Position numbers and translations under genes: made by a program. 64,000 bases of DNA, taken from contig JAQWKY010000044.1 of NCBI GenBank assembly GCA_029247585.1, positions 5,010 to 69,009 on the forward strand, written 5' to 3'. Positions 30,438 through 40,134 of the stretch are shown one piece after another (the stretch's first letter is position 1; every line of letters begins with the position of its first letter). Source of the stretch: Flavobacteriales bacterium. GTDB lineage: Bacteria > Bacteroidota > Bacteroidia > Flavobacteriales > UBA7430. Under the pieces are notes generated by a model. It did no database searches and was not told where the DNA came from. It saw nothing but the letters and a program-made list of their open reading frames with translations.

Positions 30438-30923
30438 TTGAAAGAAGAAATAGACAAACTTAAGCTGAAAGCTAGACAGGAGCAAAAAGAGAACAAAAAG
30501 CTTTTTGCTCGACTGAAAAAAATGAAAGGCGCCCCCCTAGACCATAGATTTCATTTACTGCATGAGGAAGTTTTTGAGACGGTTGATTGCTTGGAATGTG
30601 CCAATTGCTGTAAAACAACAAGTCCTATTTTTACCACAAAAGACGTGGATCGCATTGCAAAACATCTGCAAATGAAATCTGCTGCTTTTCAACAAAAGTA
30701 CCTTGTTCGAGATGATGAGTATGATTTAGTACTAAGGGGTAGCCCTTGCGCATTTTTAGCTGAAGACAATACCTGTAAAATTTATGAGGTTCGACCCCGT
30801 GCATGTGCAGAATACCCACATACAAACCGAAAAAAAATGCATCAAATACTGCCGCTCACCCTTAAAAATGTTGAGGTTTGCCCAGCCGTATCAAGGATTG
30901 TAGACAAAATGAAACCAGAGTAA
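30438..30923 (+). CDS. YkgJ-family cysteine-cluster protein (UPF0153)
   Basis: 161 aa. CLECANCCK plus later C..C..C residues. The ORF-track start is TTG. Confidence 0.65.
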   Translation: MKEEIDKLKLKARQEQKENKKLFARLKKMKGAPLDHRFHLLHEEVFETVDCLECANCCKTTSPIFTTKDVDRIAKHLQMKSAAFQQKYLVRDDEYDLVLRGSPCAFLAEDNTCKIYEVRPRACAEYPHTNRKKMHQILPLTLKNVEVCPAVSRIVDKMKPE

Positions 30924-30927
30924 TGTC

Positions 30928-31644
30928 TCATTTAACAGCTCTACTCATTTCTCTTTTACCGGGAGGACCAGGTATACTTTGCAAGTTAAACCCAACAGAC
31001 TTTAGAGCTCTTTTAACCGTTCCCTTAGCACAGTAGGTCACCAATACGCCCCCAGGCTTTAAAGAATTGTACATAGAAGCAAATATTTCTTCTGTCCACA
31101 ACTCAGGCTGAGTTCCTGGTGAAAAAGCATCAAAATAGATTAGATCAAATTCATTTTCAAAACGCACTTCTTGAAGCTTTGCCTCAAACTTCCTCAAGCT
31201 AAAAAATGGACTAATCTCCGTATAAAGCTCCCATGCGCAGGTATGCATTTTTTCAAAAATGCTAGATAAAGACTCCATTTGCATCAAATGATTGTAATTC
31301 AGAAGCCTAACTACCTCCCAATCTAAAGGGTAAGCCTCAAGTGATGTGTATTGAATTTGCTTTTTTTGTGCTGCAGCTTTCTTAAATGTAAGTAAAGCAT
31401 TTAAACCGGTACCAAAACCTACTTCAAGAATAGAAAGTTGACTTAAATCGGATCTGTATTGCAATCCTTCTGAAATAAAAACATGTAAGGATTCTTGTAA
31501 GGCACCATGCGTAGAATGGTAGGTTTCATTCAATTCTGGCACGAAAATAGTACTTGATCCATCTGAAGTCTTTACCGGGTGTTTTTCCAAAACCAATGTG
31601 TATTGTTTTTCACAAATATACCGGCAAAAATTGTATATTGGCAA
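30928..31644 (-). CDS. mnmD: tRNA (mnm5s2U34) methyltransferase, MnmD/MnmC-C-like
   Basis: 238 aa. ..TSDGSSTI..ETYHSTHGALQES.. and DLIYFDAFSPGTQPELWT are typical of the family. The start is non-ATG (TTG) and uncertain. Confidence 0.65.
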   Translation of the reverse strand: MPIYNFCRYICEKQYTLVLEKHPVKTSDGSSTIFVPELNETYHSTHGALQESLHVFISEGLQYRSDLSQLSILEVGFGTGLNALLTFKKAAAQKKQIQYTSLEAYPLDWEVVRLLNYNHLMQMESLSSIFEKMHTCAWELYTEISPFFSLRKFEAKLQEVRFENEFDLIYFDAFSPGTQPELWTEEIFASMYNSLKPGGVLVTYCAKGTVKRALKSVGFNLQSIPGPPGKREMSRAVK

Positions 31645-31673
31645 ACCTTATTTGATTTGATTTAATTCAAGCA

Positions 31674-32759
31674 ATGAAAAAAAACTTTTTCCCTAAGAAA
31701 TCTCTTGATTTCCTTGAGAATTATCTCAACAACCCTTCCCCTACTGGATTTGAAAGTGAAGGGCAAAAACTTTGGTTGAATTACCTCAAGCCCTACATCG
31801 ATGACCATATGGTAGACACCTACGGTACTGTGGTAGGTGTGATTAATCCCAAAGCCAAATACAAAGTGGTTATCGAAGCACATGCCGACGAAATTTCTTG
31901 GTTTGTTCACTACATTACAAATGAAGGCTTTATATACCTTCGCAGAAACGGTGGGTCTGATCATCAAATAGCCCCTTCAAAGCGCGTAAACATTCACACA
32001 GACAAAGGAATCGTTAAGGCTGTATTTGGATGGCCTGCAATTCACACACGCACAGCAAAAGATGAAAAAACGCCTAAACTGGATAATATTTTTTTAGACT
32101 GTGGTGCAAACAACAAAGAAGAAGTTGAAGAAATGGGTATTCATGTAGGGTGCGTGGTTACCTATGAAGATAAATTCATGACACTCAACGATCGATACTT
32201 TGTGGGGAGAGCTTTAGACAATCGAATAGGTGGTTTTGTTATTGCTGAAGTCGCTCGTTTACTACACAAAAACAAAAAGAAGCTCCCTTTCGGATTGTAC
32301 ATCACCAATTCAGTTCAAGAAGAGGTAGGTCTTCACGGGGCAAAAATGATTGTTGAAACCATTCGTCCCGATGTTGCCATTGTTACCGATGTATGTCATG
32401 ATACCAATACACCCATGATTGATAAAATCAAACAAGGTGACTTAAAATGTGGAGATGGACCCGTACTCAGTTACGGACCCGCTGTACAAAACAATCTTTT
32501 AAAACTTATCATTGAAAGTGCCAATAAGAACAAAATTCCGTTCCAAAGATTAGCTGCATCTAGAGCTACAGGTACAGACACAGATGCCTTTGCATTTGCT
32601 ACAGGTGGTGTTGCCTCTGCACTTATCTCGCTTCCATTAAGATATATGCATACAACCGTAGAAACAGCGCATATTGATGATGTTCAAAACGTTATTGAAC
32701 TGATTTACCACAGTGTGTTAAAAATCAAAAACCAACAAGATTTCAGATATATCAAGTAA
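31674..32759 (+). CDS. M42-family metallo-aminopeptidase (FrvX/CelM-like)
   Basis: 361 aa. Overall M42 pattern (..IEAHADEI.., ..GRALDNRIG.., ..QEEVGLHGA..). Confidence 0.75.
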   Translation: MKKNFFPKKSLDFLENYLNNPSPTGFESEGQKLWLNYLKPYIDDHMVDTYGTVVGVINPKAKYKVVIEAHADEISWFVHYITNEGFIYLRRNGGSDHQIAPSKRVNIHTDKGIVKAVFGWPAIHTRTAKDEKTPKLDNIFLDCGANNKEEVEEMGIHVGCVVTYEDKFMTLNDRYFVGRALDNRIGGFVIAEVARLLHKNKKKLPFGLYITNSVQEEVGLHGAKMIVETIRPDVAIVTDVCHDTNTPMIDKIKQGDLKCGDGPVLSYGPAVQNNLLKLIIESANKNKIPFQRLAASRATGTDTDAFAFATGGVASALISLPLRYMHTTVETAHIDDVQNVIELIYHSVLKIKNQQDFRYIK

Positions 32760-32761
32760 TT

Positions 32762-33805
32762 ATGAAAGTTGAAAAAGTAAAACAAAGTAGATGGAATAAA
32801 GACAGTTGGAGAAATACAGAATTTGGATCCGTATTTTCTGACCATATGTTTGTTGTTAAATACAAAGATGGTCAGTGGCAAAAAGGCGAAATAAAACCCT
32901 ACGGAACCATAAACATTCTTCCTTCCCTTCATTCTCTTCACTACGGACAATCCATTTTTGAAGGCATGAAAGCTTATAAGGGACCCAAAGATGAAACCTT
33001 TCTTTTTCGACCTGATCAGAATGCAAAACGATTCAACAAATCAGCGGCCAGAATGTGTATGCCCGAAATTCCTGAAGATTTATTTCTAGAAGGACTTTAT
33101 GAGCTCTTAAAATTGGATGAAAAATGGATTCCAAAAGAAGCATCATCAGCTTTGTACATTCGTCCATTTATGTTCGCATCTTCAAATTTTATTAAAGCGA
33201 ACCCGTCTGACGAGTATACCTTTATCATTATCACCTGTCCAGTACAAGCCTACTACAAAGGTGAGGTACACGTAAAAGTAGAATCTAACTTCACTCGAGC
33301 TGCTGCAGGTGGTACGGGGGCTGCAAAAGCAGCAGGGAATTATGGCGCTTCTTTTTACCCCGCAAAAAAGGCGCAAGAAAATGGCTTCCAACAATTGATT
33401 TGGACAGATGGCAATCACCATCAATTCATCGAAGAATCAGGAACGATGAATATCTTTTTTAGAAGAAAAAACGAATTGGTTACACCACCACTAAGCGACT
33501 CTATTCTCCCAGGTATTACTAGAGACAGCCTTATTAAATTGGCAGAACACCACGGAATACCTTGCGTTCAAGAAAAGATTGGATTAGAGAGCCTCGTTCT
33601 TGCGCACAAATCCGGAAACATTACTGAAGCATTTGGAGCCGGTACAGCCGCTACAGTTGCGAGTATAAACTCTATCACTTACAAAGAAGAAAAACTTTCT
33701 TTTGAGGTAAATGATGATGGATTTGCCAACAAGCTAAAAACCGAATTACAAGACATACAATACGGTCGAACAGAAGACCCTTTTGGATGGCGAATTACTG
33801 TATAA
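32762..33805 (+). CDS. ilvE: Branched-chain amino-acid aminotransferase
   Basis: 347 aa. Class IV aminotransferase with the PLP-lysine context FEGMKAY. Confidence 0.85.
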   Translation: MKVEKVKQSRWNKDSWRNTEFGSVFSDHMFVVKYKDGQWQKGEIKPYGTINILPSLHSLHYGQSIFEGMKAYKGPKDETFLFRPDQNAKRFNKSAARMCMPEIPEDLFLEGLYELLKLDEKWIPKEASSALYIRPFMFASSNFIKANPSDEYTFIIITCPVQAYYKGEVHVKVESNFTRAAAGGTGAAKAAGNYGASFYPAKKAQENGFQQLIWTDGNHHQFIEESGTMNIFFRRKNELVTPPLSDSILPGITRDSLIKLAEHHGIPCVQEKIGLESLVLAHKSGNITEAFGAGTAATVASINSITYKEEKLSFEVNDDGFANKLKTELQDIQYGRTEDPFGWRITV

Positions 33806-33840
33806 AAAAACTCCCTACATGATGTAGGGAGTTTTTTTTT
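33804..33840. terminator. Bidirectional Rho-independent terminator between convergent genes
   Basis: A7-ACTCCCTACAT..ATGTAGGGAGT-T9. Confidence 0.8.
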
Positions 33841-33854
33841 ACAATACGATTATT

Positions 33855-34376
33855 CTACATTCCCGAATGATCTCCCATATGGTCACCCATATTACCATCC
33901 ATGTGATCTCCCATTCCGGAATCTGTTTCGGAATGATTATCATGACCTTCCATGGTACCTTCCATAATATGAACTGATTCTTTTTCTTCTTCAGAATTAC
34001 CTGCAGTATCTTTAGCTTCTACAAGAATGTAATAATTACACATATCCGTTACAGATAAAGCCGTATCAAGATGAGCTACAAAAAAGGTGTCAATCATCAA
34101 GTGGGACTTATGGATGTGACTCCATTCCATTGAAATAACATCGGCATTTTCATCGTTTGTAATTTGAATAGCAACCGATTGCAGCTCTTCATCATCCTCT
34201 ATGTGCAACTTTAAGGGAACCGTATCTGCTATACCATACAAATCCATAGACGGTTCATTGAAGGCTATCTCAGGAGCTTTATCATCTTTAGAACATGATG
34301 AAAATACAAGTAAAATTGAGGCGAAAATTAATGTTGTTTGTTTAATGAAATTCATGGGTATTGTTTTTTTGGGCAT
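33855..34376 (-). CDS. Small lipoprotein with a His/Met/Asp-rich C-terminal tail (putative metal-binding)
   Basis: 173 aa. Lipobox-like FSSC. Tail HIMEGTMEGHDNHSETDSGMGDHMDGNMGDHMGDHSGM. The true start may be the internal MNFIKQ.. (34355). Confidence 0.6.
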   Translation of the reverse strand: MPKKTIPMNFIKQTTLIFASILLVFSSCSKDDKAPEIAFNEPSMDLYGIADTVPLKLHIEDDEELQSVAIQITNDENADVISMEWSHIHKSHLMIDTFFVAHLDTALSVTDMCNYYILVEAKDTAGNSEEEKESVHIMEGTMEGHDNHSETDSGMGDHMDGNMGDHMGDHSGM

Positions 34377-34433
34377 AGAAATGCCACTTTTAAATCCTTT
34401 TTCTAATGTTAAAAATGAGTGAAATCAGAGATT

Positions 34434-34808
34434 TCAGGTGTTTGAAACAAAAGTTGGAGGATGAAAAACATCATGAATCCATTCTGAAACGTACAAATTC
34501 GACAAATTTGAAAATGACTCTGTAGTATGATAAGACTGAGATTTCACACAAAACGAACGTTTATTGAGAAGTTCCGGGAACTTTTCCAACTCAACAGTCA
34601 TCTCGTGATTCTCTTTTTCGGCAGCTTCAGAGAGTTGGTTATTTAAGTAACACATCCCCTGACATTCTTGATTGATAGGAGTGTCATTTTCACAAAGGTT
34701 TTGAGCTATATAATCTTGATTGGCAAAATAATAAACCAATGGAGACAAAGCACTTAAAACAGCGCTTACATACGCAAATAACAAAGCAAAACTTAAAACC
34801 CTTCGCAC
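34434..34808 (-). CDS. Hypothetical protein with one N-terminal TM/signal segment and 4 Cys
   Basis: 124-aa ORF. A TAATTTTG -7-type box lies upstream on the minus strand (34836-34843). Confidence 0.5.
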   Translation of the reverse strand: MRRVLSFALLFAYVSAVLSALSPLVYYFANQDYIAQNLCENDTPINQECQGMCYLNNQLSEAAEKENHEMTVELEKFPELLNKRSFCVKSQSYHTTESFSNLSNLYVSEWIHDVFHPPTFVSNT

Positions 34809-34860
34809 TCTTTATGGCTTTATGATAAAGTTTTGCAAAATTAATCTTTTTAAAACAGAA

Positions 34861-35247
34861 TTACTTGGAAAGAATCGATTTTATATCGGGTTTAAAATAA
34901 TTATCGCCCTTTAAAATCTTACCATCTTCACGAAAAATAGGCTTACCTGCAGCATCAAGTTTAGACATATTGGATCTCTGAATTTCCTCAAAAACTTCTT
35001 CTATCTTGTGCTGGAGACCATGCTTTAAGATGGTACCGCATAAAATGTATAATTGATCTCCAAGTGCATCAGCTATTTCAATCAAATCACCCTCTTTACA
35101 GGCATCCAAATATTCTTCATTTTCCTCATTCATAAGTCGGTAACGAAGATTATAAACATCCTCTCCAACTACTGCCTTTGGTGCTTCTTCATTCCCTATT
35201 TGAAAAAGGTCATGAAACTTGGATACACATTCTATTTGCTTTTTCAT
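34861..35247 (-). CDS. MazG-like nucleotide pyrophosphohydrolase family protein
   Basis: Helical MazG-type pattern (EENEEYLDACKEGDLIEIADALGDQLYILCGT). I trimmed the start to the ATG at 35247 (MKKQIEC..), because the longer ORF would overlap the divergent YceI gene. Confidence 0.6.
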   Translation of the reverse strand: MKKQIECVSKFHDLFQIGNEEAPKAVVGEDVYNLRYRLMNEENEEYLDACKEGDLIEIADALGDQLYILCGTILKHGLQHKIEEVFEEIQRSNMSKLDAAGKPIFREDGKILKGDNYFKPDIKSILSK

Positions 35248-35312
35248 TTGGTGGTATGTTTTTCTAGAATATTTGCTTAATTTACACCCCAAAGAAACAA
35301 AATACCTATTGC

Positions 35313-35894
35313 ATGAAAAAGATGATTTTATCAACAGTTGTTAGCATACTATGTCTTACGAATCTTCAGGCGCAAGAAAAGCACCCCGTATCGATTGAAA
35401 AAAGTAGTGTCGAGTGGATTGGCGAAAAAGTTACAGGAACTCACTCAGGATTTATAAGCTTGAAGAATGCCTACCTTTTGTTTGAAGACAATAAATTAGT
35501 TGGCGGTGAATTCGACATTGATATGAACAGCATCACATGTACTGATATTGAGAATGAAGAATATGCAGCTAAACTAGTGAATCATTTGAAAAATGACGAT
35601 TTCTTTGCCTCGGATAAATACCCAACATCAAATTTCAAAATCACAAAAGTTATCTTTGATGGTACCTCATATATGATTACAGGAGACATAACGATTAGAG
35701 ACATCACTGAAGAAATTACGTTTCCAGCAAGGTTTCACAGCCATGGCAGAATTTTTCATGCCAATGCAAGTTTAATAATAGATCGTACAAAACACGATGT
35801 AAAATACGGTTCTGGCTCATTTTTTGATGACTTAGGAGACAAAATGATATACAATGAATTCACTTTAAAAGTTCAATTGGAATCCTACAAATAA
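35313..35894 (+). CDS. YceI-family periplasmic (polyisoprenoid-binding-like) protein
   Basis: 193 aa. Signal peptide. YceI-like pattern (S.VEW.G.K..G.H.G.., ..L.SDDFF..). Confidence 0.7.
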   Translation: MKKMILSTVVSILCLTNLQAQEKHPVSIEKSSVEWIGEKVTGTHSGFISLKNAYLLFEDNKLVGGEFDIDMNSITCTDIENEEYAAKLVNHLKNDDFFASDKYPTSNFKITKVIFDGTSYMITGDITIRDITEEITFPARFHSHGRIFHANASLIIDRTKHDVKYGSGSFFDDLGDKMIYNEFTLKVQLESYK

Positions 35895-36075
35895 TAAACA
35901 ACTCCTTCCCCTTTTTCGATTCTTGTTATTAGGCCTCAAAAAATGAGACTTAATTATTTTGGTGCTGTATCTGTGGATACTGTACTATTAATGCATACAT
36001 GATTCAATATTTTCAATTAAAAAACTAAAACTACAATTTGAAAGCAGTAATTTCGCAATTTAAAACTAATGTAAT

Positions 36076-37275
36076 ATGTCACACAATCCCGCTGATCGAG
36101 TACAAGATTTACAAAATTTTGGAGAATACGGAGGTGTCAATCCATCCATAGCTGACTCTTCAACCTTTACCTACTTAAAAGCCTCAACCATGCAAGCCGT
36201 ATTTGAGGGAGAACAAGAAGGCTGTCATTTATATTCTCGTCATACAAACCCGAGCACAAATTATTTATGTGAAGCACTTGCGGGAATGGAAAATACCGAA
36301 GCTGCTTATGTTACTGCTTCGGGCATGGGTGCTATTACATCATGTACACTACAAATATGTAAAACTGGTGACGAAATTATCGCTAGTAGAACTATTTATG
36401 GGGGTACTTATGCATTCTTTAAAAACTTTTTACCCAAGCTGGGAATTAAGGTACACTTCATTGACATCAGTAAAACAGAACAAATAAAGGCACTCATCAA
36501 CCAAAACACAAAAATGGTCTATTGCGAGACCATGAGTAACCCTTTATTAGATATTGCAGACTTACCTTCGATTTCAAAAATCACAAAAAAAGCGAACATT
36601 AAGCTTGTTGTTGACAACACCTTTACTCCTATGATTTTCTCTCCTATCGAGTTAGGAGCTGACATCGTACTGCATTCACTCACCAAATTCATCAACGGAG
36701 CCTCAGATGCTGTTGGGGGCGTTGTGTGTGCCGAAGAAGAATTCATAACCGAAATGATGGATGTTAACACTGGCGCAGGCATGTTGTTAGGACCCGTTAT
36801 GGATGCTATTAGGGCAGCTAACATCCTGAAAAATATAAAAACACTTCATATTCGGATGAAACAACACAGCTATAACGCTCAATACATTTCTGAAAAATTT
36901 GAAGATGAAGGGATTAAAGTCTTTTATCCCGGAGTGAAATCACACCCTCACCATCAGTTAATGTCACAAACCTATAATGAAGAATTTGGTTTTGGAGGCA
37001 TGCTTGTATTAGATGTGAAAACAAAAGAAAATGCTTATGCATTTATGGAAGCTATGCAAAATGACAATATTGGGTATTTAGCCGTTAGTCTAGGCTTTTA
37101 CAAAACTTTATTCTCTGCTCCTGGGTCAAGTACATCCTCCGAAATTCCTCCAGAAGAACAAGACCAAATGGGCTTATCTGAAGGTATGGTGCGTATCTCT
37201 ATAGGTCTAGACAACGATATCAAAAGAACTTTTGAAAAAATGAAAAAATGCATGAAGTCCGTGGGCATCATCTAA
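36076..37275 (+). CDS. Cys/Met-metabolism PLP enzyme (methionine gamma-lyase / O-acylhomoserine sulfhydrylase family)
   Basis: 399 aa. PLP-lysine motif HSLTKFINGASD. Exact reaction specificity is not resolvable by eye. Confidence 0.7.
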   Translation: MSHNPADRVQDLQNFGEYGGVNPSIADSSTFTYLKASTMQAVFEGEQEGCHLYSRHTNPSTNYLCEALAGMENTEAAYVTASGMGAITSCTLQICKTGDEIIASRTIYGGTYAFFKNFLPKLGIKVHFIDISKTEQIKALINQNTKMVYCETMSNPLLDIADLPSISKITKKANIKLVVDNTFTPMIFSPIELGADIVLHSLTKFINGASDAVGGVVCAEEEFITEMMDVNTGAGMLLGPVMDAIRAANILKNIKTLHIRMKQHSYNAQYISEKFEDEGIKVFYPGVKSHPHHQLMSQTYNEEFGFGGMLVLDVKTKENAYAFMEAMQNDNIGYLAVSLGFYKTLFSAPGSSTSSEIPPEEQDQMGLSEGMVRISIGLDNDIKRTFEKMKKCMKSVGII

Positions 37276-37283
37276 CTATTTTT

Positions 37284-38150
37284 TCAGACATTATCTCCAT
37301 CGATAGCTCTGCAGTGATATTCCTTTAAATCATGAATAGGAGACTGAACAATTGCAGTCATTGACAAATTGTTCTGTGAGCATAACTCGGCCAATACATC
37401 CTGAAAATAAAATGCTACTGATCCTACAAAAGCAATTGGAAAGTCTTTACACATTGGATGGGAAAGTATGTGCGTATTCAAATAATTCTGAAATTCACAT
37501 TTTACCATTTCAACTATGTAAGGGTGTGATTTATGAGCCACTAAAAAAGGCACATAGGATGCCAAAAATCGGTTCGGATTTTCTTCCTTATAAACCGACT
37601 TTAATGCCAATTCTTTAGATATGGAATGTTTTTTTGAAAATTCAGAATACAAGTCAGGTGGAAAGTTTTTGTATAAGTAGGCTCTCAAGAGTAACTTCCC
37701 TAACGATGCTCCGCTCCCCTCATCTCCAAGAATATAACCCAAAGAGGGGGTAAACTGCTCTAAAACATCACCATCGTAAAAAGCAGTATTGGAACCTGTT
37801 CCTAAAATAGAAACAAAAAGTGGTTGATTATGATAAACAGCCCTAGCAGCAGCAAGCAAATCGCTTTCTACCTCAACAGTACCATTCACAAACACATCCT
37901 CCAATGCGTCCTTTAAAACACCCTTAGATTCTGTATGAGAACATCCAGGAGTGTAGAAATAAACGTAGTCTATAGATTTGAAAAAAACCTTCAAATCGAC
38001 GTATGACTCTAATCGACGAATCATCTCTTCTTCAGCCATGAAGAGCGGGTTCCAACCTTTACTTTGAAAATACAGTTTTGAAACTCCATTTTCTAACAAA
38101 AGCCAATCCGCTTTTGAAGAACCACTCTCAACAATAAGTACCTTACTCAT
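37284..38150 (-). CDS. BadF/BadG/BcrA/BcrD-type ATPase (N-acetylglucosamine-kinase-like)
   Basis: 288 aa. N-terminal LIVESGSSKADW and GTGSN phosphate-binding motifs. Confidence 0.65.
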   Translation of the reverse strand: MSKVLIVESGSSKADWLLLENGVSKLYFQSKGWNPLFMAEEEMIRRLESYVDLKVFFKSIDYVYFYTPGCSHTESKGVLKDALEDVFVNGTVEVESDLLAAARAVYHNQPLFVSILGTGSNTAFYDGDVLEQFTPSLGYILGDEGSGASLGKLLLRAYLYKNFPPDLYSEFSKKHSISKELALKSVYKEENPNRFLASYVPFLVAHKSHPYIVEMVKCEFQNYLNTHILSHPMCKDFPIAFVGSVAFYFQDVLAELCSQNNLSMTAIVQSPIHDLKEYHCRAIDGDNV

Positions 38151-38838
38151 TCAGTAAAAATGATTTTTTGAAATAAAAAGGAAGATAAATAATTAGAGTA
38201 TGCAGTAAGGTTGCCAACTGCAGACCTAGTATATAATAGGGCCAAGGCCCAATTAATAGAGGATTATTAACATTGGGTTTTTCTGCCAAATACATATAGT
38301 TAGCGCCTAAAACGAAATCTAAAACAGCAACGATGAGCACCAAAATTTGAAAATATAAAAACGATTTTATCCAAGAAAATCTTCTGGGACGCATACCTAA
38401 AACCCAAACACAATACAAAGGAATAGCTACCAAACCACCATGAACTAAGAAATAGTCAAACATTAAATACAAACTTTTCCCATGGGTTAACTCAGGGGTA
38501 AGCAAGGAATGAAATCCTCCCACCATTCCAATAAACAATAACATTTCAAACCCAAGTTGATTACGGGTGATGATTACAAAAAGTGCATTGAACCACATTA
38601 ACCGACACAAGTGGAAAGGCAATGCATCTTGTACGGTCCATAAATCGTGATATATGTAATACGATTGAATTCCAATATACTCTAAAACCATGACAACAAT
38701 AAATCCCTTGATCATTTTTTTTTGATTCAAAAGATTTAGTTTCCGTCCAATATAAATGAGCGAAATAATAAAGCATAAAGTCCCTATATTCCACAAAAGC
38801 CATTCTTCAGAAAAAGGAGGAAGAACATAATGATTCAT
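38143..38838 (-). CDS. Polytopic integral membrane protein (possibly TIGR02206/YwaF-like)
   Basis: About 7 hydrophobic segments. The ORF-track start (38907) is TTG only 13 nt from the divergent rhomboid gene, so I prefer the ATG at 38838 (MNHYVLPP..). The family name is tentative. Confidence 0.55.
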   Translation of the reverse strand: MNHYVLPPFSEEWLLWNIGTLCFIISLIYIGRKLNLLNQKKMIKGFIVVMVLEYIGIQSYYIYHDLWTVQDALPFHLCRLMWFNALFVIITRNQLGFEMLLFIGMVGGFHSLLTPELTHGKSLYLMFDYFLVHGGLVAIPLYCVWVLGMRPRRFSWIKSFLYFQILVLIVAVLDFVLGANYMYLAEKPNVNNPLLIGPWPYYILGLQLATLLHTLIIYLPFYFKKSFLLNE

Positions 38839-38920
38839 TTCTGGTTTATTTTGATTTAAATATATAAAATAATCTTTTGTTACATTTGGCTTTAAACAAT
38901 TCGACAATGAAAGTACAAAT

Positions 38921-39622
38921 ATGAAAAACCCGCTTCTAAAAGCCTTGAGGTATCCACTTGTCTTTGTACTTATCCTGTTAGGTATTCATTCATTCGGAGT
39001 CATATACAATATTAGACTAAACCATTTGGGTGTCTACCCGAGAGAGGCAGAAGGTCTATTTGGTATTATTAGTTCTGTTTTTGTGCACGGAAGCTGGGAA
39101 CATCTATTTAACAATTCCATCCCGCTTTTAGTTTTGGGTACAGCACTCTTCTATTTTTATCAAAGCTTAGCACCTAAGATTACATTGTACTCCATATTAT
39201 ACACAGGGATTTTGCTGTGGCTAGGAGGTAGACCTTCTTTCCACATAGGTGCTAGTGGATTGGTATATGCATTGGCTTCTTTTTTATTTTTTAGCGGTTT
39301 TATTCGAAAACATAAAAGCTTAATGGCATTATCTATGTGTGTCGTATTTCTCTACGGAGGGCTGGTTTGGGGAATCTTCCCAAATCAGGAAAGAATCTCT
39401 TGGGAGGGACATTTATTCGGGGCTATTAACGGCTTGTTTTGGGCCATGTTTTACCGAGAGGAAGGCCCACAACGAAAAAAATACTCCTGGGAATTAGAGG
39501 AAGAGCTATTGCAAAGCCTAGAGGGTCTTGAGGTAATTTACGAAGAAATTAATGGAAATGAGCCCGAAGACGAACAGCGAAGCATACGATACGAGTATAA
39601 AAAAAGAAAAGCTCCGTCATAA
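38921..39622 (+). CDS. Rhomboid-family intramembrane serine protease
   Basis: 233 aa. Catalytic GASGLVYAL and the downstream His in a TM helix (EGHLFGAINGL). Confidence 0.8.
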   Translation: MKNPLLKALRYPLVFVLILLGIHSFGVIYNIRLNHLGVYPREAEGLFGIISSVFVHGSWEHLFNNSIPLLVLGTALFYFYQSLAPKITLYSILYTGILLWLGGRPSFHIGASGLVYALASFLFFSGFIRKHKSLMALSMCVVFLYGGLVWGIFPNQERISWEGHLFGAINGLFWAMFYREEGPQRKKYSWELEEELLQSLEGLEVIYEEINGNEPEDEQRSIRYEYKKRKAPS

Positions 39623-39960
39623 GCCGGATTCTGTCATCCTCAAAGAGGACCTCTGTCATTTATCTACGATACTTATCACTAAGTATCTTTAGCAGTCTAC
39701 CCTCCAAGATCAAGCGAGCACTTTTATCCCCGAGAGGAACCCTGGTATACATGACCTTTCACCTCATAAGGTTTACACAGCTACTCTAATCACTTAAAGT
39801 ACTGGTGAGCTCTTACCTCACCTTTTCACCCTTACCCGAAGGCGGTTGTTTTCTGCTGCACTGGCTGTCATCCGAAGACGCCTAGTCGTTAACTAGTATG
39901 ATGCTCTATGGTGTCCGGACTTTCCTCTTCCTAGGAAGCGACAGAGTCGGGAGCTTTTCC
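39606..39960 (-). ncRNA. rnpB: RNase P RNA (bacterial type A)
   Basis: The minus strand reads GGAAAAGCTCCCGAC..GAGGAAAGTCCGGACACCATAGAGC..ACAGAATCCGGCTTATGACGGAGCTTTTC. The universally conserved CR-I and CR-V blocks are present. P1 pairs GAAAAGCUCC with GGAGCUUUUC. Confidence 0.9.
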
Positions 39961-39964
39961 GAAA

Positions 39965-39972
39965 CAAAACTA
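39965..39972 (-). promoter_or_regulatory. -7 promoter box for rnpB
   Basis: The minus strand reads TAGTTTTG (TAnnTTTG), 4 nt upstream of the predicted RNA 5' end. Confidence 0.6.
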
Positions 39973-40134
39973 CAAAGGAAAATCGATAATTTATCACTCT
40001 GATTGAAATTTGAGTCCTCATCTAAGGAAATAAATGAATTTCCAAAGGGATAAGATAGCTAAAATTGAGGGCTAAATTATAGGAAGCCATGCTGCAAACT
40101 TACAATCTGTAAGGTCCTAATTATATATTTCAGA

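Noticed and set aside
35895-36075. Possible SAM or other riboswitch upstream of the Cys/Met-metabolism PLP enzyme.
   Set aside because: None of the conserved SAM-I/II/SAH core sequences or helices that I know are recognisable. The region is AT-rich with no obvious structure.
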